Assembly (NCBI GenBank): GCA_045544855.1
Contig: JAZPZV010000010.1
Span: 8,410-72,409, forward strand
Source of the DNA: Eubacteriales bacterium
GTDB lineage: Bacteria; Bacillota; Clostridia; Oscillospirales; CAG-382
DNA: 64,000 bases
Direction of reading: 5' to 3'
Shown here: in pieces, positions 1 through 9,256 of the stretch
Layout of the letters: each line of letters starts with the position of its first letter
Position numbering within the stretch: position 1 is the first letter of the stretch
Notes under the pieces: model-generated
What the model saw: only the letters and a program-made list of their open reading frames with translations
Database searches by the model: none
Told to the model about the DNA's origin: nothing
Program-made: the position numbers and the translations under genes

Positions 1-41
1 AGATGTTTTATGAACTTTTGAGGGGATACCGCATTTTTTCA

Positions 42-70
42 TTGAAAAACGGGAAAGAGTATGATATAAT
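42..70 (+). promoter_or_regulatory. sigma-A-type promoter of PHP gene
   Basis: TTGAAA (42-47), 17-nt spacer, TATAAT (65-70), about 35 nt before the ATG at 105. Confidence 0.55.
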
Positions 71-104
71 GCGGGGTGAAATTTGAAGAAGGCAGGAAAA
101 CACC

Positions 105-773
105 ATGTTCCGATTCGATACCCACGTTCACACCGACGAGACCTCCCATTGCGGCAAGGTGCCTGCAAGGGAGATGGTGAAGCTGTACGCAGAGGCGGGC
201 TATTCCGGCTTTGTGATGACGGATCACTTCAACCGCTACTCCATGAAGGTTCACGGTTGCGAGACCCCCGAGGAAGAGGTGGAGACCTTTTTGAAGGGCT
301 ACCGCGCCGCCAAGGCCTACGGAGACGAGATCGGCTTTGACGTGCTGTTCGGCATGGAGCTTCAGCCCGACGGTGCCTATAACGAGTATCTGCTGTACGG
401 TCTTACCGAGGAATTTTTCTGCGCTCATCCCCATATTTATGAAGAGGATCTCCTGACGCTCCGCCGCTTGGCAAACGAAAACGGTATCCTCATCTTCCAG
501 GCCCATCCCTACCGCCCGGGGCTCACCCGTGCCATGCCCGGCTTTCTGGACGGGGTGGAGGTGTTCAACGGCAACCCCCGCCACAACTCCCAAAACCACC
601 TGGCGTTGATGTACGCCACTCAGCATAAGCTGTTGCAGTGCAGCGGCTCGGATGCCCATCAGGTGGAGGATATCGGCAGGGGCGGATTGCTCACCCGGGA
701 AAGGATCACCGATCTTGCTACTTTGAAGAAGATCCTGAAGGAGGGGAGCGCGGAGCTGATCCGCAACAATTAA
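105..773 (+). CDS. PHP-domain metal-dependent phosphoesterase
   Basis: 222-aa ORF. N-terminal FDTHVHT..SHCG motif, later HPYRP and GSDAH motifs typical of the PHP fold. Confidence 0.85.
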   Translation: MFRFDTHVHTDETSHCGKVPAREMVKLYAEAGYSGFVMTDHFNRYSMKVHGCETPEEEVETFLKGYRAAKAYGDEIGFDVLFGMELQPDGAYNEYLLYGLTEEFFCAHPHIYEEDLLTLRRLANENGILIFQAHPYRPGLTRAMPGFLDGVEVFNGNPRHNSQNHLALMYATQHKLLQCSGSDAHQVEDIGRGGLLTRERITDLATLKKILKEGSAELIRNN

Positions 774-797
774 TTTTACGAAAGGAATGGAAAACCC

Positions 798-1004
798 ATG
801 GGAAAATTTCTGCGCCGATTGCTTTTGGCGTTTCTGCTGGTCGTCCCCTACCGCCTGGACCGTAAGGTAAAAGGCGGGTTCGTCCTGCGGGCGGTGCTCT
901 ACGAGGTGGATTGCACCAAGGACGGGGAGGAGAACCACTACGAGATCTCCATTCTGAAGATCCTTTCACGGCAGATCAAGCTGCTGAAAAAACTGTTCGC
1001 ATAA
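798..1004 (+). CDS. small hypothetical protein (68 aa), hydrophobic N-terminus
   Basis: AAAGGAA RBS-like element 8 nt before the ATG. Followed directly by a strong terminator. No recognisable family. Confidence 0.45.
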   Translation: MGKFLRRLLLAFLLVVPYRLDRKVKGGFVLRAVLYEVDCTKDGEENHYEISILKILSRQIKLLKKLFA

Positions 1005-1007
1005 CCG

Positions 1008-1058
1008 AAAAAACCACTCTGCGGTACGAAACGTACTTTGCAGAGTGGTTGTTTTTTT
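1008..1058. terminator. bidirectional intrinsic terminator
   Basis: 11-bp stem AACCACTCTGC / GCAGAGTGGTT flanked by an A-tract and a T-tract, between convergent genes. Confidence 0.75.
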
Positions 1059-1064
1059 GCTGTC

Positions 1065-3425
1065 TCAAGCGGGGAAGGCATAAGTGCCCAGCACTACACG
1101 CTTGATCTTGATGTAATCCATGGCGGAGATATTGACGCCGTTGGTGATGGCGGCTGCGCGGACGGCTATGGCGGAGGGGGTGTAGGTCTTCAGCACGGAG
1201 CGCTTGGCCATCATGTAGTCCAGAGCGGTTACGGCACCGTCTCCGTTCATATCTCCCTTCACCACCGCAAGGCGGGTATAGATCACCGTCTGCCCGATGT
1301 AGAAGCGGATCTCATCCCCCGTATGAAGAACGTCCGTTGCCGTCAGCTCCGTACCGTCGGTGCGGAAGATCCGCACGTGACGCTCAAAGCCCTGCAAGAA
1401 GGTCTCCAGGGTGGTGCCCGCAGGGATGTCCACCACGTAAAGCTCCTCCACGGGGTAAAGATCGGAGGTGGGAGGAGGGGGATCTACGGGAACGTCCACA
1501 GAGCCGATGAGCAGAATGTATTCCGCAGAGACGTAGCCTTCCATTTCTTCATCCTGATAGGTGAAGCGGATGTGATACCAATCGGTATAGACCTCCTCGC
1601 TTTCCACGTGGATCGGGCCTTCCAGGATCAGCACTCGGGTACCGTTGCCCAGCTTGGCGATCTTTTCGCCGGTGGTGCCAGGGGTCTCGCGGACGTTCAG
1701 AGAATCCTCCACTTCCACCTGCCCCAGGGGATAGGTGATCACGTCGCCGCTTTCCTCGCTTGAGGTATCCTGCGATGGATCGTCGGAAGGCTCTTCCGAA
1801 GGATCGTCGGAGGGTTCGGGTTCATCCTCGGAGCTATCCTGCGAGGGATCGGAAGTATCGTCGGGAGGGGAGTCGGGGTTGGTGAAGTTGGTGGAATAGC
1901 AGTATCCCTCCATGGGAACGCCTTCGATCACCGCAAGGATCTGATACCAGCCCGTGCCGTTATCCAAAATCAGCTTCACTTCCTCCCCTTTGCGGATCAG
2001 CCCCAGCTTGTCCGCCCCCGAAACGGGTTCGGCGCGGAGATATACGTTTTGGGAGGCGACCAGGGTGGTATAGGCCGCAGAGCCTACGTATACGGTAACG
2101 TTCAAAGCAACCGTACCGTCAAAGGCCAGAGAGATCATGGCCAAGCCCTCACTGATGGCGGCAACGTTGCCGTTGGCGTCCACCGAGGCTACGGAGCTGT
2201 TGGAGGAGCGCCAGGTCATGGTCTTGGCCTTCAGCTCGTCCGCATAGATCTCCACGGGAAGATGGAAGGCCTCGCCGGGATCAACGTGGAACACGGTGGT
2301 AGGAGTCCCCACCGAAAGGCGGGCCGCTTCGCTGATATGGATATTGGCGGCGGAAGCGTAGCCGCTGATAGGCGTTTTTTTGCTGCCCACGCGGGCAGAA
2401 ATAGCGTAATAGGTAATGCCGTCCGCGTCGGTGTAAACCGTTTCGCTGTTCACCTTCACAGGCTGTCCGCGTACCAGCTTCCCCAGGGTGTTGGAATCCG
2501 AAGAGGGCTCACTGAAGATGGCCAGGCTCTGGTTCATTACCTGGGCGTTGGTGTCCACGCAAACGATGGAGCAGGCTTCCTTGCCGTTGTAAACGGCGGT
2601 GATCAGGGTGTAGCCCTGTCCCACGGCCTTGATATTGCCCTGATGATCCACCGTTGCCACGGTGGGGTCGGAGCTGGTCCACACCACGTCCAGAGAAGCC
2701 TCCGTGGGGGGATAGGCGGTGGCGGTCAGGGTGTCCGTTTCTCCCAGGGCAAGATCCACGCGGGAACGGTCCATGATCATGCCGAAGACTCCGTTTTTGT
2801 CCTTTTTCACTTCGTCCAATTGGTCAAACCCGTAGGAGGTGATGAACTTGATCAGATTGATGGCGTATTCCTCTCCGGAACAGTAGCCGGAGGTTACCAA
2901 GGCGTAGGCGGCTTCCTCGTAATTCTTGGCGTCCAGCACGATGTCGTAACGGTCGTAGCGCAGCAGCAGATCGGAGTGGTCTGCAATAGATTCCTCCAAA
3001 GAGTCGTAAGCCCGCCACAGGCTGGCTTTTTTTGCGTAGGCTTCCCCTTTGATGTTCACAAGGTCGGCGTAGCTGTTGTACACGATATCGTCCTTGTGGT
3101 CAAAGACCTTTCCGCTCCAGGTGTGCATTTTGATGCCAAAATGGTTCTGGGCGATGATGGAGATGGGGTAGCCTCCCGCACCCCCTTCGTAGAAGAACTG
3201 CCCTGCGGTAATGGAGGGAAGAACGCCCGTGTCAAAATAATCCTTTAAGGAAACCGACATCACCGTGCGGCAGAGGTAATACTGCCAGGTGTTCAGCTTG
3301 GTTTCGATCAAGGAGTAATCCAGGGCGCTCACCGTCTCCCCACGGGAAAAGGCGGGAACGGAAAGCAGGATACATATGGAAAGAAGTATGGCGGCGAATC
3401 GGGTCGCCATTCTTTTGATAGGCAA
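1065..3425 (-). CDS. secreted GH73 N-acetylglucosaminidase-type cell-wall hydrolase with Big_2, SH3-like and C-terminal dockerin modules
   Basis: 786 aa with a signal peptide (AAILLSICILLSVPAFS). GH73-like region YEGGAGGYP...EEAAYALVTSGYCSGEEY. Two TLTATAYP/ITAVYNG Ig-like Big_2 units and several SH3b-like units (GWYQILAV, DWYHIRFTY). Acidic PS/DE linker. C-terminal GDMNGDGAVTALD dockerin Ca-loop. TTG start with GAGGAA RBS. Confidence 0.85.
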   Translation of the reverse strand: MPIKRMATRFAAILLSICILLSVPAFSRGETVSALDYSLIETKLNTWQYYLCRTVMSVSLKDYFDTGVLPSITAGQFFYEGGAGGYPISIIAQNHFGIKMHTWSGKVFDHKDDIVYNSYADLVNIKGEAYAKKASLWRAYDSLEESIADHSDLLLRYDRYDIVLDAKNYEEAAYALVTSGYCSGEEYAINLIKFITSYGFDQLDEVKKDKNGVFGMIMDRSRVDLALGETDTLTATAYPPTEASLDVVWTSSDPTVATVDHQGNIKAVGQGYTLITAVYNGKEACSIVCVDTNAQVMNQSLAIFSEPSSDSNTLGKLVRGQPVKVNSETVYTDADGITYYAISARVGSKKTPISGYASAANIHISEAARLSVGTPTTVFHVDPGEAFHLPVEIYADELKAKTMTWRSSNSSVASVDANGNVAAISEGLAMISLAFDGTVALNVTVYVGSAAYTTLVASQNVYLRAEPVSGADKLGLIRKGEEVKLILDNGTGWYQILAVIEGVPMEGYCYSTNFTNPDSPPDDTSDPSQDSSEDEPEPSDDPSEEPSDDPSQDTSSEESGDVITYPLGQVEVEDSLNVRETPGTTGEKIAKLGNGTRVLILEGPIHVESEEVYTDWYHIRFTYQDEEMEGYVSAEYILLIGSVDVPVDPPPPTSDLYPVEELYVVDIPAGTTLETFLQGFERHVRIFRTDGTELTATDVLHTGDEIRFYIGQTVIYTRLAVVKGDMNGDGAVTALDYMMAKRSVLKTYTPSAIAVRAAAITNGVNISAMDYIKIKRVVLGTYAFPA

Positions 3426-3456
3426 GATGATTCCTCATTTCTGGTTTTACAAAGCC

Positions 3457-3486
3457 ATTATACCATAGGGAAGGGAAGCTTGTCAA
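3457..3486 (-). promoter_or_regulatory. sigma-A-type promoter of the GH73 hydrolase gene
   Basis: On the minus strand: TTGACA (3486-3481), 18-nt spacer, TATAAT (3462-3457). Confidence 0.55.
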
Positions 3487-3551
3487 CACGTGACAGAAAA
3501 TATATTTTATTGGCAAAAAGCGGAAGTTTTGTGGCTTGGGTGGATTTTCGT

Positions 3552-3595
3552 GGGATTTTCTTCGGAAAAAAGCGGGATTTTCTTCGGAAAAAGAC
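3552..3595 (+). repeat. tandem 22-bp direct repeat GGGATTTTCTTCGGAAAAA(agc) x2, plus a partial third copy at 3541
   Basis: Identical 19-mers at 3552-3570 and 3574-3592, ending 4 nt before the -35 of the terS promoter. Confidence 0.85.
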
Positions 3596-3598
3596 GAG

Positions 3599-3627
3599 AT
3601 GACAAACGAAAAAATGCATGGTAAGAT
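3599..3627 (+). promoter_or_regulatory. sigma-A-type promoter of the phage-like module
   Basis: ATGACA (3599-3604), 17-nt spacer, TAAGAT (3622-3627). AAAGGAGG RBS lies before the ATG at 3679. Confidence 0.5.
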
Positions 3628-3678
3628 GTTTCACGTCGAAGGCAGAAAGCCGGGGAAAAACAGCAAAGGAGGAAGCCT

Positions 3679-4089
3679 ATGAACAACACCTATTCCACGA
3701 ACAAGGATCCCACCCGCACAAGGACAGCGCGGGCGGTATTCTCCTCGGGAGAGGACTGCAAGGCCAAGCTGGAGCGGTATTTTGAAGAATACCTGCCTGC
3801 CAGCGGAGAGGTGGCTGATATTGAAGGGCTGGCGGATTTCCTGGGGATCACACGCAAGGATCTCATCGCCCTGACGGAGCATAAGACCTACGGGGTCTTA
3901 CTGCGACGGGCATGGAACCGCATTGCCAAGATCAAAAAACAGCTGGCCTTTCGGGGGAAGCTCCCCGCCGCAGTGCTTTCCTTTGATCTGAAGAACAACC
4001 ACGGGTACAGAGACCGACCGGAGGAGCAACAAGATGGCTCTGTTCCCGCAGTGATCTTTCAAGGTCGGGCGGGGGAGTGGGCGAAGTGA
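3679..4089 (+). CDS. phage terminase small subunit
   Basis: 136 aa. Has the LADFLGITRKDL HTH-like segment and the KNNHGYRD C-terminal region typical of terS. Sits immediately upstream of terL. Confidence 0.8.
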   Translation: MNNTYSTNKDPTRTRTARAVFSSGEDCKAKLERYFEEYLPASGEVADIEGLADFLGITRKDLIALTEHKTYGVLLRRAWNRIAKIKKQLAFRGKLPAAVLSFDLKNNHGYRDRPEEQQDGSVPAVIFQGRAGEWAK

Positions 4090-5441
4090 TGGGCAGCGCC
4101 AAGGAGATCCTCATCACTCCCAACCCAAAACAGCAAAGCTTCTTTGAATCCACAGCCCGCTACACCGCTTACGGAGGAGCGCGAGGCGGCGGAAAAAGCT
4201 GGGCCATGCGCATGAAGCTGGTGCTGTTGGCGCTGGGCTACGAAGGGATCCAGATCCTTTTGTTGCGCAGAACCTTGGGAGAATTGAGAGAAAACCACCT
4301 GTTTCCCTTGCTTTCCCTGTTGGACGGCGTGGCCAGGTATGCCTCCACCGAGAAGGAATTTCGATTCCCCAACGGTTCTCGCATACGGCTGGGCTATTGC
4401 GACACGGAAAACGACGTGTTGCAGTTTCAGGGGCAGGCCTACGAGGTCATCGGGCTGGAGGAAGCCACCCATTTCACCGAAGGGCAGTTTTCCGCTCTCA
4501 CCGAGAGCAACCGCTATTCGGGGATGATGAAGGTACCCTTCCGCCCAAGAATGTATTTCACCTGCAATCCCGGAGGTGTGGGGCATGACTGGGTCAAACG
4601 GTTATTTGTGGACAGATGCTACCGCACCGGGGAAAAGGCAGAGGATTACGTGATGATCAAAAGCCTTGTCTTCGACAACACCTTTCTCATGGAACGGGAT
4701 CCGGAATACGTACAGACCTTGATGGCGTTGCCGGAAGCCCGACGGAAGGCCATGCTGTACGGGGATTGGAACGCCTTTGAGGGGGCGTTCTTCCCGGAAT
4801 TCGACCCGGAGATCCATACCTGTATGGACTTTTCGGTGCCCAAGGAGTGGATCCGTTTCCGTGGGTTGGATTACGGGCTGGACATGACCGCCTGTCTTTG
4901 GTTTGCGGTGTCAAGCGACGGGACGGTGTACGTCTACCGTGAGCTTTACGAAAAGGATCTCATCCTTTCGGAGGCGGGAAAGCGGATCGCACAGGCAAGC
5001 CCCGAGGAGGGGAGCATCCGCTACACCGCCGCCTCCCCCGACCTTTGGAACCGCAGGCAGGACAGCGGAAAAAGCGGATTCGATCTTTTGCACGGAGCGG
5101 GAGTGAGCCGATTGATCAAGGCCAACAACGCCCGCATCCCGGGCTGGCGGGTCATACGGGAGTATCTCCGCCGACGGGAGGACGGAACGCCGAGATTGGT
5201 GATCTTCCGCTCTTGCAAAAATCTTATCCGCACCCTGCCTCTGCTGAGGTTCGACACCAACGTCATCGAGGATGCGGCGGACACCCCTCACGAGATCACC
5301 CACGCCCCCGAGGCGTTGCGCTACGGGCTCATGTCCCGTATGCCAAAGCCCGTGCCCAAGGCTGTGCCCTTCCGATCTGGGCTTTACACCTTCGACAAGA
5401 TTCCCAAGGAGGAGGGGTACGGACAATTCATCGCATACTAA
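4089..5441 (+). CDS. phage terminase large subunit
   Basis: Walker A GGARGGGKSW and a nuclease-type C-terminal half. Start taken at the ATG overlapping the terS stop (TGATG); an alternative ATG lies at 4077. Confidence 0.9.
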   Translation: MGSAKEILITPNPKQQSFFESTARYTAYGGARGGGKSWAMRMKLVLLALGYEGIQILLLRRTLGELRENHLFPLLSLLDGVARYASTEKEFRFPNGSRIRLGYCDTENDVLQFQGQAYEVIGLEEATHFTEGQFSALTESNRYSGMMKVPFRPRMYFTCNPGGVGHDWVKRLFVDRCYRTGEKAEDYVMIKSLVFDNTFLMERDPEYVQTLMALPEARRKAMLYGDWNAFEGAFFPEFDPEIHTCMDFSVPKEWIRFRGLDYGLDMTACLWFAVSSDGTVYVYRELYEKDLILSEAGKRIAQASPEEGSIRYTAASPDLWNRRQDSGKSGFDLLHGAGVSRLIKANNARIPGWRVIREYLRRREDGTPRLVIFRSCKNLIRTLPLLRFDTNVIEDAADTPHEITHAPEALRYGLMSRMPKPVPKAVPFRSGLYTFDKIPKEEGYGQFIAY

Positions 5442-5459
5442 TGAAGGAGACCAACAACT

Positions 5460-7025
5460 ATGTTCCGAAAACAAAAGCCCTATACGGAAGAGTGGCAGCT
5501 CTACGAAAAGGGCAAGGAATACCATTATTCCATTGGACTTTACGATAAAGTCAACACCAACGAGCGGTTCTACCGCGGGGATCAGTGGGACGGCATTCAG
5601 GCAGGGGGCTTGCCCACTCCTGTGTTCAACATCTTCCGCCGGATCATCGATTTCTTTACCTCCTCGGTGCTGGCAGGAGCGGTGAAGCTCCGCTTCTCTT
5701 CGGAAATGCCCACCGCTTCAGGGAGCGGCAAGGCGGAGACCGACACCACGGAAAAGCTGAACCGCATTGCGGATTTCCGCTGGGACAAGCAGAAGATGGA
5801 CGCTTTGCTGGCAAACGCCTTGCGGGACGCCGCCATTACGGGGGATGCGGTGTGCTACACCTATTGGGATCCCTCGGTACGCACAGGGCAGGCCTTTACC
5901 GGGGATTTCGTCAGCGTGCTGGTGGATAACACCAACGTGTTCTTCGGCAACCCCAACAGCAAGAACGTGGAGAAACAGCCCTACGTCCTCATCTCCATGC
6001 GGGAAACGGTGGAGGATCTCCGTGCCCAGGCCAGATTAAATGGCAGGGACGAGGAGGAGATCCGCAAGATCCTTCCCGACGACGACACTGCTCACGAAAG
6101 CGGCGATCTTGCCAAGAAGGAGCTGGAGAACACCCGCTGTATCGCCCTCATCAAGCTCTGGAAGGGGGAGGACGGCAGAGTCCGCTTCCGCAAATCCACA
6201 AAGAACGCCGTGATCAAGGAGGAAACGGATCTGGGTCTTTCCCGCTATCCCCTGGCGGTGATGAACTGGACTCCCGTGAAGAATTCCTGGCACGGTCAGG
6301 GGGTGGCCACGGGGCTCATCGAAAACCAGATCTTCATCAACAAGGGCTTTGCCATGGTGATGAAGCACATGATGGATACCGCCTTCTCCAAGGTGGTGTA
6401 CGACTCCACGGTGATCGACCAATGGTCCAACCGTGTGGGGGAGGCGGTGGCGGTCAACGGTCCCGTGGAAAGCGTGGCAAAGGTGTTGTCCTCCGGGCAG
6501 ATGCAGTCCGGGATGCTGGACGTGATCAACCTTGCCATCTCCGCCACCAAGGAGTTTATGGGAGCTACGGATACCGCTTTGGGAGACGTGCTTCCCACCA
6601 ACACCTCCGCCATTCTGGCGTTGCAGAAGAGCTCCTCCGTTCCCCTGGAGGGGGTGAAGAGAGCTCTGTACCAGTTCGTGGAGGATATCGGTCTGGTGTG
6701 GCTGGACTTCCTCTTTGCCTACTACGACGATGCCCGTCTGGTGCCCGTGGGTGCAGAGGGTAAGATCGACTACCTGCCCTTTATGATGTCCTCTCAGAAG
6801 GACAAGCTGTACGGCTGCCGCGTGGACGTGGGCGGCGGCAGTTACTGGTCGGAGGTGTCCACCCTGAACACCTTGGACAACCTTTTGAAGCTGGGTAAGA
6901 TCACCATGTCCCAATACCTTGAGCGTCTTCCCGACGAGCTGATTCCCAAAAAGCGGGAGCTGTTGGAGGAATGCAGAGCAGCGGAAGCGCAACAGACAGA
7001 AATCATCCAAGAAGAAAGGATCTGA
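5460..7025 (+). CDS. phage portal protein
   Basis: 521 aa located directly after terL. N-terminal YxxG..Y..N.RFYRGDQW portal-type motif and an acidic C-terminal tail. Confidence 0.85.
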   Translation: MFRKQKPYTEEWQLYEKGKEYHYSIGLYDKVNTNERFYRGDQWDGIQAGGLPTPVFNIFRRIIDFFTSSVLAGAVKLRFSSEMPTASGSGKAETDTTEKLNRIADFRWDKQKMDALLANALRDAAITGDAVCYTYWDPSVRTGQAFTGDFVSVLVDNTNVFFGNPNSKNVEKQPYVLISMRETVEDLRAQARLNGRDEEEIRKILPDDDTAHESGDLAKKELENTRCIALIKLWKGEDGRVRFRKSTKNAVIKEETDLGLSRYPLAVMNWTPVKNSWHGQGVATGLIENQIFINKGFAMVMKHMMDTAFSKVVYDSTVIDQWSNRVGEAVAVNGPVESVAKVLSSGQMQSGMLDVINLAISATKEFMGATDTALGDVLPTNTSAILALQKSSSVPLEGVKRALYQFVEDIGLVWLDFLFAYYDDARLVPVGAEGKIDYLPFMMSSQKDKLYGCRVDVGGGSYWSEVSTLNTLDNLLKLGKITMSQYLERLPDELIPKKRELLEECRAAEAQQTEIIQEERI

Positions 7026-7027
7026 AT

Positions 7028-7570
7028 ATGAAAACCGTAAATAACGAACAAGTGCTGGACGTGGTATACGATCTGGCCTCCGCCATGGGCTTGCGCATCG
7101 GAGAGTTTCTGGAGCGTTTGCAGGCGGATTACGGCGACCCCGCCATTGACACCGCAGGCTTGCCCGAGGAGGTGGTGGCAGAGCTGGAAAACGCCAAGGC
7201 CTTGCGCAAGGAAAGCAGGGAGGCCAAGCGCAAGCAGGAGATGGCGGACAAGCAGAACAAGGAGATCTCCGCCTTCCGCGCCCAGTTCCCCGATCTGCCC
7301 GCCGCCGAGATCCCCGAGGAGGTTTGGGCAGAGGTTGCCTCCGGCATGGACCTTCTCCACGCCTACGCCTTTTATCTCATGACCAACGGCAAGAAGGGTA
7401 CCCGTGCCGAGGACGTGAACAAGGGCAATCTGGCAAGAAGCGCCCCCGCATTGGGAGAGGGAAGCACCGAGCCCTCCTTCACCCGTGAAGAGGTGGAGAG
7501 AATGTCCCAGAAGGACGTGAAGAAAAACTACAAGAACATCCTGCGCTCTATGGGCAAATGGAAGCTTTGA
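7028..7570 (+). CDS. phage scaffolding protein (putative)
   Basis: 180 aa, highly charged and helical, positioned between portal and capsid. ATG at 7028 lies just after the portal stop. Confidence 0.6.
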   Translation: MKTVNNEQVLDVVYDLASAMGLRIGEFLERLQADYGDPAIDTAGLPEEVVAELENAKALRKESREAKRKQEMADKQNKEISAFRAQFPDLPAAEIPEEVWAEVASGMDLLHAYAFYLMTNGKKGTRAEDVNKGNLARSAPALGEGSTEPSFTREEVERMSQKDVKKNYKNILRSMGKWKL

Positions 7571-7598
7571 TCACTACTTAAAAAGGAGAAATCGAACA

Positions 7599-8420
7599 AT
7601 GGCAAATTACAACAGCATTGAAAAGATCATCAGCGCGGAGATCATCCGCACCAACGAGGACAACCTGCTGGCGAACACCATCTGCAACACCGCCTTCGTG
7701 GGGGACATCAAGAACAAGGGGGATTCCGTCACCTTCATCGGTCTGAACGATCCCGCCGTGTACGACTACGACGGCAGTCTCACCTACGAGGACATCGACG
7801 ACCACGCCACCACCCTGTACGTGGATCAGGACAAGGCTTTTTCCTTTAAGGTGAAGGACATCGAGGAGCTTCGTTCCTCCATCGGTCTTGCGGACAGCCA
7901 GACCAAGAGAGCCAGCTACCTGCTGAGAAACCAGGTGGATACCTACGTCTTCGGCCTCTACGGCGACGCGGGCGTTTCCATGGAGGAGACTGAGGTCACT
8001 CCCGAAAACGTTCTGGCGGTGGTCACCGCCATGAAGCAGAAGCTGGAGGAGGCAAACGTCCCCGACGGCAGAACCTGGATCGTGGTGCCTCCCTTCATCA
8101 AGTCTAAGCTGCTTCTGGCAGGCGTTAAGTTCCAGATCAACAACGGCGTCAACGGCACCGGTGCGGTGGGCTTCACCGACGAGCTGGGCTGTGACGTGTA
8201 CGTGTCCAACCAGCTTGCCACCGAGGACGGCAAGACCATGATGCTGGCAGGCTCCTACTCCGCCATCGCTTATGCGGAGCAGGTGCTGGAGACTCAGGTC
8301 ATCGACCGCATGGAGGGCTCCTTCGACAAGGCTGTGAGAGGCCGTCTGGTCTTCGGTGCCAAGGTCATCAAGCCCGAAGAGCTGGTTTGCTGTCCCGTTA
8401 CCGACGGCGCCAACGTATAA
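7599..8420 (+). CDS. phage major capsid protein (short P22-coat-like/HK97-fold type)
   Basis: 273 aa with a GGAGAAATCG RBS. Position after the scaffold gene. Sequence resembles short coat proteins of Firmicutes phages. Confidence 0.75.
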   Translation: MANYNSIEKIISAEIIRTNEDNLLANTICNTAFVGDIKNKGDSVTFIGLNDPAVYDYDGSLTYEDIDDHATTLYVDQDKAFSFKVKDIEELRSSIGLADSQTKRASYLLRNQVDTYVFGLYGDAGVSMEETEVTPENVLAVVTAMKQKLEEANVPDGRTWIVVPPFIKSKLLLAGVKFQINNGVNGTGAVGFTDELGCDVYVSNQLATEDGKTMMLAGSYSAIAYAEQVLETQVIDRMEGSFDKAVRGRLVFGAKVIKPEELVCCPVTDGANV

Positions 8421-8447
8421 ACATCGTTTTGAAAGGAGAATCAGAGC

Positions 8448-8798
8448 ATGACTTTGAACGCAACCTACATCCACAAGAACTTTGCCCCCTCCCAGGTGGC
8501 ATTTACCCCCATCACCCAGGGCGACTGCACCGTGGATCTCACCGACTGCAAGGAAGAGCCCATTCTGTTGGTGGACACCTCCGCCTGCTCCGGTGACGTT
8601 ACCCTGACCATGGCGGTAGGGGATTACGCCTCTGCAAGGATCATCCCCGCCATCACTCTTCCCGCGGGAGGCGTGGCCATGGTTCCCGTTTCCACCGGCG
8701 AGGTGATGCAGGCAGACGGCTGTCTCCATCTTACCTTCGCCTCCTTCAGCGGTGCTGCCGCCGCCGTGCTGAAGAAGCGCTACGTGACCAATCATTGA
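8448..8798 (+). CDS. hypothetical phage head-associated protein (116 aa, beta-rich)
   Basis: AAAGGAGAA RBS. Lies immediately after the capsid gene and before an internal terminator. Confidence 0.6.
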   Translation: MTLNATYIHKNFAPSQVAFTPITQGDCTVDLTDCKEEPILLVDTSACSGDVTLTMAVGDYASARIIPAITLPAGGVAMVPVSTGEVMQADGCLHLTFASFSGAAAAVLKKRYVTNH

Positions 8799-8805
8799 TG
8801 AAGCG

Positions 8806-8843
8806 AAGGGGCGGGCTTGACAGTCCGCCCCTTGCCCTTTTTT
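8806..8843 (+). terminator. internal intrinsic terminator within the phage-like operon
   Basis: 9-bp GC stem AAGGGGCGG / CCGCCCCTT followed by GCCCTTTTTT. Confidence 0.65.
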
Positions 8844-8860
8844 GAAAGGAGGAAGAAAGG

Positions 8861-9256
8861 TTGAAAGCAAAGGAAATTTTTGAACAGGCCATGGATCTTT
8901 GCGCTCTGCGAGGAAGCAACGGAGACGGCGACCCCTATTTGCCCTCCGACGTGGACGATCTGGGGGTTCGTGCCGTGGGCATTCTGAACGTGCTCATGGG
9001 AGAATTGCACCCGTTGGAAGAGCGTTTGACAGGGAAGGAGCGTCCCTACGCCCGCATCTACGGGCTGGAGGAGACGGTGGATCTCTGCGAGGGCATCTGC
9101 CGTTGCGTATTGCCCTACCGTCTGGCGGCTCTTTTGGTGGCAGAGGAGGACAGGGAGCTTTCCGATCTGCTTCGCCACCACGCCTCGGAGGCGGCCAAGG
9201 GTCTGCTGGCTGACGGTGCCTCCCGGGTACACACCATTCTGGAGGTGTATCAATGA
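8861..9256 (+). CDS. head-tail connector/adaptor-like protein (putative)
   Basis: 131 aa, helical. TTG start 8 nt after the GAAAGGAGG RBS. Its stop overlaps the next start (ATGA). Confidence 0.5.
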   Translation: MKAKEIFEQAMDLCALRGSNGDGDPYLPSDVDDLGVRAVGILNVLMGELHPLEERLTGKERPYARIYGLEETVDLCEGICRCVLPYRLAALLVAEEDRELSDLLRHHASEAAKGLLADGASRVHTILEVYQ

